Of a DNA stretch of 64,000 bases, positions 9,789 to 20,095 are shown in pieces. Source of the stretch: Candidatus Aenigmatarchaeota archaeon. Its GTDB lineage: Archaea > Aenigmatarchaeota > Aenigmatarchaeia > CG10238-14 > SCSR01. The position numbers and the translations under genes were made by a program. How positions within the stretch are numbered: position 1 is the stretch's first letter; every line of letters starts with the position of its first letter. The stretch lies in the NCBI GenBank assembly GCA_039091335.1, contig JAWCME010000001.1:1-64000 (forward strand), written 5' to 3'. The notes under the pieces are model-generated. The model was not told the origin of the DNA, made no database searches, and worked only from the letters and a program-made list of their open reading frames with translations.

Positions 9789-10313
9789 TCACTCCCTAGA
9801 AACTATGTATATTCCATCAGAGAATACTCTTCTGTCATATCCTTTAATTCTTGTTGATTGTTCCAATCTGCTTGCCATCAAACCAACATCCTCTATGTTT
9901 ATACCAGATACTATTATGTCCTGCCCTTCAACTTTTATGTCTACTCCCTTAACTCTTTTTGCAACTCTTGGAACTCTTTCACCAAGAAAATTTTGTATTA
10001 AAATTTTGTCCTCTTCAATTTTTAAGTTTACTGGAAAGTGAGAATATACAACTCTTAACTTATAAACAAATCCTTTTGTTACACCCTTTATCATGTTTTT
10101 AATATGTGCTTCTATGGTACCCACCATTGCCTTAATTTTTCTTCTTTCAGATTCAGAAAAAATCCTTATTTTATTTTCCGACTTTTCTATCCTTATTTCA
10201 CTAAATCCCTTGAACTCCTTTTCCAAACTTCCTTTTGGTCCAGAGACTTTAATTTTTCTTCCTTCTATTTCGATGCTAACTCCTTCTGGCACGATAATCT
10301 CTTTTTCGTACAT
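9789..10313 (-). CDS. rpl6: 50S ribosomal protein uL6
   Basis: VSGPKG...YSHFP...NFLGER...DRRVFSDGIYI. Confidence 0.97.
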   Translation of the reverse strand: MYEKEIIVPEGVSIEIEGRKIKVSGPKGSLEKEFKGFSEIRIEKSENKIRIFSESERRKIKAMVGTIEAHIKNMIKGVTKGFVYKLRVVYSHFPVNLKIEEDKILIQNFLGERVPRVAKRVKGVDIKVEGQDIIVSGINIEDVGLMASRLEQSTRIKGYDRRVFSDGIYIVSRE

Positions 10314-10430
10314 TTCAATCCCTTATTAATTAAATTTTTCTTGTTTTAATTTTCATCTAGCTTTTTGTCCTAAGTCAAAGAGAGTTATCTGTTTAATATG
10401 TTTAATATGGGATATTTTTCCTTTTAAGCT

Positions 10431-10817
10431 TTAATATATGTAACAAAGCAGTTTTCCGCCTATATGCAACTCCTTTGCTTTTATGTGGTCCATTACACCC
10501 TTTGAAGTACTTAGAATTAAAATCCCGAATTCTCTTCTAGGCAGGAACCTTTTCTCGTATTTTTCAAACTCTTCAATTTTAACTGAAAACCTTGGTTTTA
10601 TTACATTAACATTAATTATCCTTCCTTTTAGCTCTACTCTGAACTTTCCAGATTTTCCGTCGTCTATAAATTCAAAAGCTCCTATATAGCCCCTTTTCTG
10701 CATAACTTCTAGAACAGCCTTTATAAGCTTTGAAGCATTAACTATGCATTCTTTCTTTCCCACTCTTTCAGAATTTTTTATTGCAGACAACGCATCTGCT
10801 AGCTGGTCTTGAAGCAT
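10431..10817 (-). CDS. rps8: 30S ribosomal protein uS8
   Basis: [14 protein letters not shown]...IKPRF...STSKGVM...GGKLL. Confidence 0.97.
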   Translation of the reverse strand: MLQDQLADALSAIKNSERVGKKECIVNASKLIKAVLEVMQKRGYIGAFEFIDDGKSGKFRVELKGRIINVNVIKPRFSVKIEEFEKYEKRFLPRREFGILILSTSKGVMDHIKAKELHIGGKLLCYIY

Positions 10818-10864
10818 TCTTCCACCTGTGGTATAATTTTGATTTAAATTTTTAAATTAAAAAA

Positions 10865-10964
10865 TGCGCCGAGCGGGATTTGAACCCGCGTTGCAAGCTT
10901 GGAAGGCATACGCCAAAGTTCGCGTCTTAGACCTTCAGCCTTTCGTAGGCTGGACCATCGGCGC
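10865..10964 (-). tRNA. tRNA-Gly(UCC) with two non-canonical introns (D-loop, 10934..10946; 29/30, 10908..10919)
   Basis: Removing ACGAAAGGCTGAA and ACTTTGGCGTAT yields a 75-nt cloverleaf: acceptor GCGCCGA/TCGGCGC+A, anticodon stem CGAGC/GCTTG, loop CT-TCC-AA, T arm GCGGG-TTCAAAT-CCCGC. Confidence 0.92.
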
Positions 10965-11003
10965 ATTTATAGCTTTATAAATAATAAATAAAATCTTTTA
11001 AAT

Positions 11004-11144
11004 ATGTTTAAAGATGATGTGATTAAAAGAGCGATAAGAAGATTTAAAAAAATGTTTCCTTGTTCTGAGGGACTGGAAAAAGAGCTTATCCCTCTTGGTA
11101 GAGAGGAAGCAAAACCAAGGACATTAAAAAAAAGGAAAGGTTAA
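11004..11144 (+). CDS. Possible small basic protein (46 aa), not in ORF track
   Basis: ATG..TAA ORF MFKDDVIKRAIRRFKK...RKG filling the gap next to tRNA-Gly. Confidence 0.3.
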   Translation: MFKDDVIKRAIRRFKKMFPCSEGLEKELIPLGREEAKPRTLKKRKG

Positions 11145-11488
11145 CCTATATATTCTGGATGCTTTATTGGAACTTGTATAGGTCTACCCTTTGGCCTTCT
11201 TTTAAAATATTCCTTGTATGCCTCCCAAATTTTTCTTCCCTTTTCTCCATGAAGAATTTTTATTATCAACTGTCTTGGCCTGAAAGGTTGTTCTGATGTT
11301 GGGTTGTAGTCTATAAGCACAACATCTCCAGCTTTAATCTTGTCACTAATTCTTGGGTCTACTAAATATGTTATTATATTCTCGTCCCACGTTTCAACTA
11401 CAGCCTGAACAGAATTATCAGAGCTTTCAACTTCTTTTTCCTTTGGAAAAATTACTTCCAATACAATGCCTGGATGGTAGTACACCAT
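11141..11488 (-). CDS. Conserved-looking hypothetical protein (beta-rich, possible OB-like fold)
   Basis: HPGIVLEV...QAVVETWDEN...GDVVLIDY; follows the DUF355 gene. Confidence 0.65.
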   Translation of the reverse strand: MVYYHPGIVLEVIFPKEKEVESSDNSVQAVVETWDENIITYLVDPRISDKIKAGDVVLIDYNPTSEQPFRPRQLIIKILHGEKGRKIWEAYKEYFKRRPKGRPIQVPIKHPEYIG

Positions 11489-11492
11489 ATTC

Positions 11493-11984
11493 TCACAATT
11501 TATATCCAATCTTTCTTAAAAATTCTTTTCTTTCCTCAATCTCCTTTTCTTCCTCTATCCCCTTTGATTTAAACCCATCCACTACTCCAAGTATCGCCCT
11601 TCCTTGATCTGTTTCGCATATTATAACCTCTACAGGATTTGCTGTTGCACAAAATATTGAGCATACCTCTGGAACGTCCTTTAGTTTTGGTAAAATGTTT
11701 ATTGGATAAGCGTTTCTCATGAAAATTATGAAGCAGTGCCCTGCTGAAATTTTAAGTGCATTCTCTATAGCAATCTTCTTCAACTCCTCGTCGTTTCCAG
11801 AATGCCTTATCAAACATGGACCAGAAGCTTCGCAAAAAGCAAGCCCAAATTTAATGTTTGGAACAGAATTAACTAAAGCCTCGTGTATATCCTCTACACT
11901 CTTAATAAAATGGGATTGCCCAAGGATTAAATTGCAATTCTCTGGAACTTGTATTTTTATTATTTTTAACTCCATATTATTCAT
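11493..11984 (-). CDS. Adenosine-specific kinase / DUF355 family protein
   Basis: [36 protein letters not shown]. Confidence 0.92.
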   Translation of the reverse strand: MNNMELKIIKIQVPENCNLILGQSHFIKSVEDIHEALVNSVPNIKFGLAFCEASGPCLIRHSGNDEELKKIAIENALKISAGHCFIIFMRNAYPINILPKLKDVPEVCSIFCATANPVEVIICETDQGRAILGVVDGFKSKGIEEEKEIEERKEFLRKIGYKL

Positions 11985-12029
11985 TTTTTATTCAAAATTT
12001 AAATCTTGCTGAGGTTAAAAATAATAAAC

Positions 12030-13283
12030 ATGATTGGTTTAGTAGTAGTTTCTTCTAACATAGAAAAACAGAAAGAAGTAGGAGAAAAACTGAAAAAATT
12101 AGCAATCTCTACTTTTAATAAATTTTCAAACATAGAGTTTTTTGATTTGGTTTTTAATGAAGAAATGGCGAAAAATCTTGTAGGAAGAATTAAAAAGGAT
12201 GTTTGCGGATTAATAGTGCTTGTTGCGACTGGTGGGACTGAAAGAACAATAAGGGCTCTTGCTAAACTTAGAAAACCAATGCTTATCTTAGCAAATCCAT
12301 TTAATAATTCTCTTGCCTCATCTTTAGAAGCATATTCCAAAATTAAAGAAAAATACCGTGTAAAACTTTTCTATTCTGATTTTAATTCTGATTTTTTGCA
12401 TGAAATAAAATCTTTTTCTGAGGTGTGCGAAGTCATATCTAAACTTAAGGACTGTAAAATTGGGGTCATAGGCAAACCTTCAAAATGGCCTCTTTCTAAA
12501 AGAAACAAAAAACTCATAAGAAGGCTCGGACCAAGTTTAATACAACTAAAAATTCGAGATTTTTTAAAAGAGATTGAAAAAGTTAATGAAATAGAAGCAA
12601 ATAATTTGTTGAAGCGTTTACGCTTAGGAAAAATTAAAGTTTCTAAAAAAGAATTGATTAAAGCAATAAAAGTTTATTTGGCACTTAAAGGATTAGCGTC
12701 GAAATATAAACTTTCGGCTGTTTCTATCAAATGTTTTGATATTATGAATTACAACTATACTCCATGCCTGGGAGTGAGTTTGTGTAATGATGATAATTTA
12801 ATTGCAGGATGCGAGGCTGATCTACAAAGCATTTTAACTATGATAATTGTCTCTTTTGTTTCAAATCAACAATGTTGGATGGCAAATCCCTCGAGAATAT
12901 CTTTTGAAAAAAATACTATTTTGATAGCTCACTGCACGATTGCTACTAAAATGATTTCTGATAGCTCAAAAATAGAGTTGATTACTCACATGGAATCTGG
13001 AAGTGGTGTAGCTATAAGGGGGCCTTTAAAAAATAAGGAAATAACCCTTGTAAGACTTGGTGGAAACCTTGAGAAAATGTTGATAGCAACAGGAAAAATA
13101 GTTAAAAGCAATATGAAAGAAGAAAATGTTTGCAGAACTCAGGCCGAGGTTAAATTAAAAGGTAAAATTGAAAGATGGATTGAAAATTCTTTGGGTAACC
13201 ACCAAGTTTTGGTTTATGGTAACATCGAAAAAAAATTGATAGATTTTTGTAGATTTAAGAATATAGAAGCAATAGTAATTTAG
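12030..13283 (+). CDS. L-fucose/L-arabinose isomerase-like protein
   Basis: TGGTE, NSLASSLE, KCFD, GCEAD, AHCT, CRTQ, LGNH motifs. Confidence 0.82.
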   Translation: MIGLVVVSSNIEKQKEVGEKLKKLAISTFNKFSNIEFFDLVFNEEMAKNLVGRIKKDVCGLIVLVATGGTERTIRALAKLRKPMLILANPFNNSLASSLEAYSKIKEKYRVKLFYSDFNSDFLHEIKSFSEVCEVISKLKDCKIGVIGKPSKWPLSKRNKKLIRRLGPSLIQLKIRDFLKEIEKVNEIEANNLLKRLRLGKIKVSKKELIKAIKVYLALKGLASKYKLSAVSIKCFDIMNYNYTPCLGVSLCNDDNLIAGCEADLQSILTMIIVSFVSNQQCWMANPSRISFEKNTILIAHCTIATKMISDSSKIELITHMESGSGVAIRGPLKNKEITLVRLGGNLEKMLIATGKIVKSNMKEENVCRTQAEVKLKGKIERWIENSLGNHQVLVYGNIEKKLIDFCRFKNIEAIVI

Positions 13284-13981
13284 CTCTTTAATATTTTTAA
13301 CATAGTTTGAGCATTAGATAACATGTTTGTATTGTTATTAAAGAAGATATAAATTTTTTCCGGGCCAACCCTAAAGATTTTATCTTTTACTTCTTTCAAC
13401 TCCTTGTTAGTATAATTGTGAGAATACCATGCGTCCCTTCCATGCATTCTCAAATAAACAATTTTATTGGTAGAATAAACCTCTAAAGGAAAATCCGGTG
13501 AATCAACGCTAACCCAAGTTATTTTTAACTTAGATGCCCATTCTGTCCATTCTTCCTTAAACCAATCGAGGTTTCTTACTTCTAAAGCAAATTTTTCTTT
13601 TAGACCAGTTTTTTTAATGAATATTTCTAGTTTTGAAGAAAAACTTGATGTAATGGAAGGGGGTAATTGAAACAAGTAAAAATCAATGTTTTTTTCTAAC
13701 AATTTGAACAAGTCTTTAAACTTTTTCCAAAGCCCAAATGCCCTTTCGTTAAACTTAAATGTGTGCGTTATAAGCCTATTAACTTTAATACTCCATCTCA
13801 AAAATGGAAAAAAATTTTTTGTTTTTTTTAGCCAGGACTTTATTTGATTTGGAAAAGGGAAACGATAAAAACTTGCATTCAACTCAATTCCATTAAGTCT
13901 AGAATTCTTAAGATACCAATCAAAACTCAACTCTGGGTTCCAAGAGTAATACCACCCTGAGGTTCCTACAAATACTTCCAT
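13280..13981 (-). CDS. DUF72 family protein
   Basis: VGTSGWYY, ELNASFYR, LFQLPPS, YLRMHG, IFFNN. Confidence 0.92.
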   Translation of the reverse strand: MEVFVGTSGWYYSWNPELSFDWYLKNSRLNGIELNASFYRFPFPNQIKSWLKKTKNFFPFLRWSIKVNRLITHTFKFNERAFGLWKKFKDLFKLLEKNIDFYLFQLPPSITSSFSSKLEIFIKKTGLKEKFALEVRNLDWFKEEWTEWASKLKITWVSVDSPDFPLEVYSTNKIVYLRMHGRDAWYSHNYTNKELKEVKDKIFRVGPEKIYIFFNNNTNMLSNAQTMLKILKS

Positions 13982-14007
13982 CAATTTTAAATAATTTTTT
14001 ATTAAAC

Positions 14008-14559
14008 TTATAGACCAAGCTCTTCGTGAATCTTTTGTAAAGATTTGAGAGATATTTCAAAAAACTTCTCTTTTTGAATTCCTATATCCTCACAAAAAGT
14101 TATTCTTTCCCTGCTACATCTTCTTGCAAATGTTTTGTCCTTAAAACTTTTAATTATACTCTCTACCCTAACTTCTTCTAATTTTTTAGAAGGCATCACA
14201 AGAGCGGTTGCAATTATTAAACCTGAAACAGAGTCAGCAGCAATTAGCGCCTTTTCTATGTTTTTTTCTGGTTTTGTTCCGTTGTTTTCAAAGTTGTGTG
14301 CCTTTATCACTTTTATCAAATCTTCCCTAACCCTTTCTCTCAAAATTTCTTCAGCCAAAATCCCGTGTTTTTCTGGGCTATTTTCCGTTTTTTCAAAATC
14401 TATGTCGTGAAGAAGACCTACAATACCCCATTCTTCAATATTTTCGCCCAAAAAAGAGGCAACCCCCCTCATTATAGCCTCTACTGCAATGGAATGTTTT
14501 ATCAAATATTCTTTTTTAATATTTTGGTTCAAAAGTTCAAGTGCCTCTTCCCTTTTCAT
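14008..14559 (-). CDS. HDIG-domain phosphohydrolase
   Basis: KHSIAVE...GLLHDID...HG...AH...AADSVSG. Confidence 0.9.
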   Translation of the reverse strand: MKREEALELLNQNIKKEYLIKHSIAVEAIMRGVASFLGENIEEWGIVGLLHDIDFEKTENSPEKHGILAEEILRERVREDLIKVIKAHNFENNGTKPEKNIEKALIAADSVSGLIIATALVMPSKKLEEVRVESIIKSFKDKTFARRCSRERITFCEDIGIQKEKFFEISLKSLQKIHEELGL

Positions 14560-14568
14560 AATCTATCA

Positions 14569-15693
14569 CTAAAATTCTATGTTAGACCCAGAAATTATAC
14601 AAACTATTTTCCCTTCCAAATCTTTTTTCAATTTTAGTGCTCCACAAATACTTGCCACACCAGCAAGTTCTGCGATTATACCCTCTTTCCTTGCTAACAG
14701 CTCTCTTGTTTTTAAAAGTTCTTTATCTGTAACTACTTCTGCAATACCATTAGATTTATTTATCGCTTCCAATGCCTTTATACCATCTAACGGGTTGGGG
14801 CAGTCTATTGCAGAGGCAATTGTTCTTGATTTTTTTATTGGAGAAATATTATCCTCCCCCCTTTTCCAAGCATTTACTATAGGAGAACATCCAGAGGCCT
14901 GAATTCCAACCATTGCAGGCAAATTATCTATTAGGCCAACTTCCTTCATATCAAGAAATGCGTCCCATACGGAATAAATTAGTGTTCCGTTTCCCATTGG
15001 GCAAACCACATAATCTGGAGAAGAGAATTCAAATTGGTCTGCTATTTCAAAACCGACTGATTTCTGGCCCTCTCCTCTAAATGGATAATCTCCAACTATA
15101 TGTGCTCCAGTTTTTTTTGAGAATTTTTCGCATGCTTCTAATGCTTTTGTATAATCGCCATTTACTCTGAAAACCCTAGCACCAAGCATATTAATTTTTT
15201 TGATTTTTTGTGTAGAAACTTTTCTTGGCAAAAAAACATTAGCTTTCATTCCGGCCCTAGAAGAGTATGCTGCAATAGAAATACCCATGTTTCCTGTAGA
15301 GGCACAACAAACATCTTTGGCTTTAATCTCTACTGCTCTTGTTATTTCTACACTACTTCCCCTGTCTTTAAAACTACCGGTTGGGTTTGTTGTTTCAATT
15401 TTAAGAAACAGATTTTCAAAACCAAATTTTTCTGACCGCAATAGCTGGGTCCCACCCTCCCCAAGTGTAACTGCTTTTTTTGAATCTACCGGATAAAACA
15501 TCCAATACTTCCAATGTGTTGGTCTTTCTTTTATAAAACTCTCTTTAGATATGATTTTTTTTATTTCATCATAATCAAAAACTATATCTAAGCTTCCATA
15601 GCAAATTCTGCATCTATTAACTATCTCATTTAATTCATATTCCAAACCACATTCTTTGCAAACAATTTTTTTAGCTGTTATCAAACAATTCAA
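14569..15693 (-). CDS. thrC: Threonine synthase (PLP-dependent)
   Basis: TLGEGGT, NPTGSFKDRG, ASTGN, PMGNG. Confidence 0.88.
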   Translation of the reverse strand: MNCLITAKKIVCKECGLEYELNEIVNRCRICYGSLDIVFDYDEIKKIISKESFIKERPTHWKYWMFYPVDSKKAVTLGEGGTQLLRSEKFGFENLFLKIETTNPTGSFKDRGSSVEITRAVEIKAKDVCCASTGNMGISIAAYSSRAGMKANVFLPRKVSTQKIKKINMLGARVFRVNGDYTKALEACEKFSKKTGAHIVGDYPFRGEGQKSVGFEIADQFEFSSPDYVVCPMGNGTLIYSVWDAFLDMKEVGLIDNLPAMVGIQASGCSPIVNAWKRGEDNISPIKKSRTIASAIDCPNPLDGIKALEAINKSNGIAEVVTDKELLKTRELLARKEGIIAELAGVASICGALKLKKDLEGKIVCIISGSNIEF

Positions 15694-16190
15694 CCTATTT
15701 CCATGCTTCTTCTCATCCAGAATGCTTCTTCCTTCCCAATCTTCTTTTCTTCTATTTTTTTCTCTTCCTTCCCTTCTTCTTTTATCTCAATTCTAATGCT
15801 TTTAATTTTTTCTGCTATTCTCTTAAGTTCATCCTCAGTAATTTTAATTGGAGTAGACTCGATTAAAGGAACGTTTTCTTCATATACAGGATATATTCTG
15901 AAATGAAAGTGTGGTATTTCCTCTGAAGTTATTACTGAAATACTTATTGATTTTGGTTCTAGTGCCTGTTTTATCATTTCACTTACTATAAGTACAGACG
16001 AAAAGACTTTTTTTGATAACTCAAAGTTCTCGTCAAAAATTTTGTAATGGGTTTTTGGAATGACTATTGCCATTCCCCTTGAGCGAGGAAAAAGATCTAG
16101 AAATGCCGTTGAATTTTCGTCCTCATATATTATAAATGCGGGAATTTGTTTATTTGCTATTTTACAAAACACACAATCTTTTTGCTCCAT
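15690..16190 (-). CDS. HIT family nucleotide hydrolase
   Basis: DCVFCKI...IIYED...AFLD..P...PHFHFRI; real start is MEQKDC, the longer ORF overlaps rpl3. Confidence 0.85.
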   Translation of the reverse strand: MEQKDCVFCKIANKQIPAFIIYEDENSTAFLDLFPRSRGMAIVIPKTHYKIFDENFELSKKVFSSVLIVSEMIKQALEPKSISISVITSEEIPHFHFRIYPVYEENVPLIESTPIKITEDELKRIAEKIKSIRIEIKEEGKEEKKIEEKKIGKEEAFWMRRSMEIG

Positions 16191-16250
16191 ACTGTTAATT
16201 TTAAATGGATAGAATTTAAGTTTATTTAATTGAATTTGCAGGTGATGGGA

Positions 16251-17219
16251 ATGGTAAAGGAAGGAAATCCACGCAGAGGCTCTCTTCAGTTCTATCCAAG
16301 GAAGAGGGCAAAAAGAATTTATCCAGCCATAAAAACATATCCAAAAAGTGAAAAGGCAAGGATATTGGGTTTTGCTGGTTATAAGGCTGGAATGCTTCAT
16401 GCAATAATAATTGATAATAAAAAGAATTCTCCTACATTTGGACAAGAAATATCTGTACCAATAACTGTTTTGGATTGTCCTCCTCTTAAAGTTTTGGGTA
16501 TTAGGGTTTATGAATCTACAACAAAAGGATTTAGAGCACTAAGCGAAGCATGGACAAAAGAACTACCGAAAGATTTGAGCAGAAAATTAAAAATTAACCC
16601 AAAAGAATATAATCTGGAGAACATTGAAAAAATGATCGAAAAAATTTCTAAGGTTAGGATCATAGTAGCAACTCAGCCAAAATTGTCTGGAATTGGAAAG
16701 AAAAAACCAGAGGTTTTTGAAATAGAAGTTGGTGGAACAAATATCAAGGAAAAAATAGATTTTGCTAAATCATTGCTTGGAAAAGAGATTAGAATAGAAG
16801 ATTTTGTAAAAGATGGAGAACTTGTTGATGTCATCTCGATAACAAAGGGGAAAGGGTATGCTGGACCTGTTAAAAGGTTTGGAATAAAAATTCAGAATAG
16901 GAAGGCACATAAGAAAAGAAGACATGTTGGCACGCTCGGCCCAGAAACACCTTCTAGGGTAAGATGGACCGTACCTATGGCAGGCCAGATGGGATTTATG
17001 AGAAGAACTGAGATAAACAAAAGGGTATTGAAAGTTGGGAAAGGAGAAGAAATAACACCAAAGGGTGGATTTAAAAGATATGGAAAAGTGAAAACAAGCT
17101 ATTTGATAGTTGAAGGTTCTGTACCAGGAGAAAAAAAGAGGCTTGTCTTTATTAGAGCTCCAATAAGACCAGGAAAGATTAAATTTTTACCTACCGAGAT
17201 TAAAAAAATTGTTAGTTAG
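16251..17219 (+). CDS. rpl3: 50S ribosomal protein uL3
   Basis: PRRGSLQFYPRKRA, GYKAGM, TKGKG..GPVKRFG. Confidence 0.97.
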   Translation: MVKEGNPRRGSLQFYPRKRAKRIYPAIKTYPKSEKARILGFAGYKAGMLHAIIIDNKKNSPTFGQEISVPITVLDCPPLKVLGIRVYESTTKGFRALSEAWTKELPKDLSRKLKINPKEYNLENIEKMIEKISKVRIIVATQPKLSGIGKKKPEVFEIEVGGTNIKEKIDFAKSLLGKEIRIEDFVKDGELVDVISITKGKGYAGPVKRFGIKIQNRKAHKKRRHVGTLGPETPSRVRWTVPMAGQMGFMRRTEINKRVLKVGKGEEITPKGGFKRYGKVKTSYLIVEGSVPGEKKRLVFIRAPIRPGKIKFLPTEIKKIVS

Positions 17220-17263
17220 AAATATCTTAAATTTTTATTTATAAAACTTTAAGATATGGTAAT

Positions 17264-18079
17264 ATGAAGGTTAGTGTTCTTGGTTTAGACGGAAAGGCAA
17301 CAGAGGAAATTGAGTTGCCAAGTTTATTTAAAACACAGATTAGAGAAGATCTAATTCTCAGAGCGTTTCTTGCAACCCAAAGCAAAAAAAGACAACCTTA
17401 TGGAGTAGATGTTTTAGCAGGAAAAAGAACATCAGCGCACTATCATGGCATGAGAAGGGAGAGATTTACAATGATGGGAAGAGATATTGCAAGGATGCCA
17501 CGCATACATGGAAAAGGTGTTTCTCCAGCTTTAGCATGGAGGGCAAGATTCGTGCCTCAAGCTGTTAAAGGAAGGGCCGCACATCCGCCAAAAAAAGAAA
17601 AGATATGGGAACAGAAAATAAACAAAAAGGAAAGAAGAAAAGCAATTCAGTCAGCAATAGCAGCGACAGCATCCATAGATTATGTTAAAAAAAAACACAG
17701 GCTTGGAAAAGATATGAAACTGCCTATAGTTGTAGAGGATAAAATTCAAGAAATATCTAAAACAAAAAATCTTGTTGAATTTTTGAAAAACATTGGGCTT
17801 GAGGAAGAAATAAAAAGGGTTGAGAAGAGGAAACTAAGGGCGGGAAAAGGAAAGAGACGGGGAAGAAAATATAAAGAAGGGGTTGGACCACTAATAGTAG
17901 TAGCAGAAGATGAGGGGATAAGTAAGGCTGCAAAAAATTTAATTGGAGTAAATGTATGCAGAGTTGAAAATTTGAGCGTAGAACATCTTGCACCTGGAGG
18001 TGTCCCTGGGAGAATTTCAATATGGTCAAAAAGTGCAATAAATAAGCTTGAAAACTTTTTAAATTCTAAAAATATTTAA
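17264..18079 (+). CDS. rpl4: 50S ribosomal protein uL4
   Basis: PQAVKGRAAHPP, RAGKGKRRGRKY, HLAPGGVPGR. Confidence 0.96.
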   Translation: MKVSVLGLDGKATEEIELPSLFKTQIREDLILRAFLATQSKKRQPYGVDVLAGKRTSAHYHGMRRERFTMMGRDIARMPRIHGKGVSPALAWRARFVPQAVKGRAAHPPKKEKIWEQKINKKERRKAIQSAIAATASIDYVKKKHRLGKDMKLPIVVEDKIQEISKTKNLVEFLKNIGLEEEIKRVEKRKLRAGKGKRRGRKYKEGVGPLIVVAEDEGISKAAKNLIGVNVCRVENLSVEHLAPGGVPGRISIWSKSAINKLENFLNSKNI

Positions 18080-18097
18080 TTAATTCAAATTGATTAA

Positions 18098-18241
18098 ATG
18101 ATTGAATTTGAAAAATTTTCGAAATTTAGGACGAAGGAAGATTATACAACAAGAATAAATGTTTTTAATAAAAAAACTGAAAGTTTGAAAAAAACTTCTG
18201 AAGTCCTGAAGGAAATTTGCATTTTATTGAATAAAGAATAA
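18098..18241 (+). CDS. Possible small protein (47 aa), not in ORF track
   Basis: ATG..TAA ORF MIEFEKFSKFRTKED...LLNKE between rpl4 and rpl23. Confidence 0.25.
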   Translation: MIEFEKFSKFRTKEDYTTRINVFNKKTESLKKTSEVLKEICILLNKE

Positions 18242-18267
18242 ATTTATTATTTCATTTAATTTTGATT

Positions 18268-18528
18268 ATGGATCCATATAGTGTTTTGAAATATCCGCAT
18301 TTGACAGAAAAATCTGTTGCACTGCTTGAAAAGGAGAATAAAATAGTTTTTATAGTAGACAGGAAAGCAAACAAAAAAGAAATAAAGGAAGCCTTTGAAA
18401 AAATTTTTGAAGTTAAGGTAAAAGAAGTTAATACTTTAATAACTTCTACAGGAGAGAAGAAGGCATTCATAAAACTTGACCCGAAGTTCAAAGCAACAGA
18501 AGTAGCAACAAGACTTGGAATTGTTTAG
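18268..18528 (+). CDS. rpl23: 50S ribosomal protein uL23
   Basis: YPHLTEK...FIVDRKANKKEIK...VNTL...KKAFIKL. Confidence 0.96.
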   Translation: MDPYSVLKYPHLTEKSVALLEKENKIVFIVDRKANKKEIKEAFEKIFEVKVKEVNTLITSTGEKKAFIKLDPKFKATEVATRLGIV

Positions 18529-18580
18529 TTTATTAGCTTAGAAAAAAATTTAAATATTAAATTGGGTTTAAGTGAATAGC

Positions 18581-19282
18581 ATGGGAAAAAGAATTATTGT
18601 AAGAGCAAGAGGCAGGGGTGGTCCAAGATATAGGGCACCAAGCCATAGATATTTGGGTAGAGTTGAATATTTGCCTGTGGGGATAAGCGGAAAAGTAAAA
18701 GATATAGTTCATGATCCTGGAAGAACGGCGCCTGTAGCTATAATTAAACTTGAAAACGGAAGGGAGGTTTTACATATTGCCCCAGAAGGACTAAAAGCTG
18801 GTGATATAGTATCTTATGATGGGGATGTTTCTGTTGGAAATGTTTTGCCCTTGGAAAAAATTCCTGAAGGAACAAAGATATGCTGCATTGAAACCTATCC
18901 TGGTTCAGGACCAAAAATTTGTAGAAGTTCTGGGAGTTTTGGGATAGTTTCTGGAAGGGTTGGAAACAACATAACAGTAACATTAAGTTCCGGAAAAACA
19001 AAAATTTTAAACCCAAAATGCAGGGCCATGATAGGTATTCCGGCCGGAGGTGGAAGAACAGAAAAACCATTTGTAAAAGCAGGTAAGAGATTCTATGCGC
19101 TATCTGCAAGAGGAAAGTTATATCCAAGGGTAAAGGGTGTTGTAATGGCTCCTGTGGATCATCCGTATGGTGGAAGAAGCAAAAGGCCAAAACCATCAAA
19201 AACTGTTAGTAGGTTTGCACCACCAGGAGCCAAGGTTGGTTCTATCTCTGCTAGGAGAACAGGAAAAAGAAGGGGAGGATAA
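18581..19282 (+). CDS. rpl2: 50S ribosomal protein uL2
   Basis: MGKRI..RARGRGG, HDPGR, VDHPYGG, APPGAKVG. Confidence 0.97.
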   Translation: MGKRIIVRARGRGGPRYRAPSHRYLGRVEYLPVGISGKVKDIVHDPGRTAPVAIIKLENGREVLHIAPEGLKAGDIVSYDGDVSVGNVLPLEKIPEGTKICCIETYPGSGPKICRSSGSFGIVSGRVGNNITVTLSSGKTKILNPKCRAMIGIPAGGGRTEKPFVKAGKRFYALSARGKLYPRVKGVVMAPVDHPYGGRSKRPKPSKTVSRFAPPGAKVGSISARRTGKRRGG

Positions 19283-19683
19283 TGGTAAAAGAGTTTTTTT
19301 TCAGAGGATATTCGCTGGAAGAATTGAAAAAAATGAGCATAGAGCATTTTTCTAAACTATTACCTGCAAAATATAGAAGGAGTTTAAAGCGCGGTCTTAC
19401 TGAACAACAGAAAAAACTTTTGGAAAACATAAGAAAAAACCCGGAAAAATTCCACAAAACACATGTAAGAGACATGATAATTTTACCCGAGATGGTTGGA
19501 GCAAAAATAGGGGTTTATTTGGGAGGAAAGAAGGGAGAAACTTCAAGATGGTTTCCTCTAACTATAACACCGGAGATGATAGGTCGTAGGTTGGGTGAAT
19601 TTGTCCCGACAACAAAAAAAGTTAAACACAGTGCCCCGGGGATTGGAGCAACAAGAGGGTCTAAGTTCTTTGCAACTAAGTAA
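19282..19683 (+). CDS. rps19: 30S ribosomal protein uS19
   Basis: KTHVRDMIILPEMVG, PEMIG..LGEF, GIGATRGS. Confidence 0.96.
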   Translation: MVKEFFFRGYSLEELKKMSIEHFSKLLPAKYRRSLKRGLTEQQKKLLENIRKNPEKFHKTHVRDMIILPEMVGAKIGVYLGGKKGETSRWFPLTITPEMIGRRLGEFVPTTKKVKHSAPGIGATRGSKFFATK

Positions 19684-19735
19684 TTTTAAATTTTTCTATA
19701 TTGAAAATTTTAAAAAGAAATTAAGTGATGTTGGA

Positions 19736-20095
19736 ATGAAAAAAAGCATTTCGAAAATAAGGGACGCAAGAGTTTCACTTAAGAAATGTATTGTGATATG
19801 CAAAGAATTAAAAGGCAAAAAAATCAGTAAAGCAAAAGATTTTTTGGAAAAATTGATTAAAAAAGAAATAAGCTTAAACGGAAAATACTATACAAACCCA
19901 GCTAAAAAAATACTTGAGCTTTTAAAGAACGCTGAAGCCGATGCAAAGTTTAAGGGATTGGAATTAGAAAGAACTTTTATTAAAAATATAAAGGCCGATA
20001 AAGGGTTTACGTTCATAAGACCAAGATCAAGGTTTAGGTTAAGGGGGAGAAGAATAAAGGCAACCCATTTAACTGTTGAGTTAGAGGAAAGATAA
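19736..20095 (+). CDS. rpl22: 50S ribosomal protein uL22
   Basis: ARVSLKK...LLKNAEADA..KGL...THLTVEL; operon position. Confidence 0.92.
   Translation: MKKSISKIRDARVSLKKCIVICKELKGKKISKAKDFLEKLIKKEISLNGKYYTNPAKKILELLKNAEADAKFKGLELERTFIKNIKADKGFTFIRPRSRFRLRGRRIKATHLTVELEER

Noticed and set aside
16191..16445. N-terminal extension of the HIT ORF
   Set aside because: It is antisense to rpl3; the HIT domain begins at MEQKDCVFC
19521..19560. Hairpin and short insertion in rps19 (GAGGAAA/TTTCCTC, GAAG/CTTC) as an in-frame intron
   Set aside because: BHB-style cuts would remove 11 nt and shift the frame, and the 3' bulge geometry is wrong
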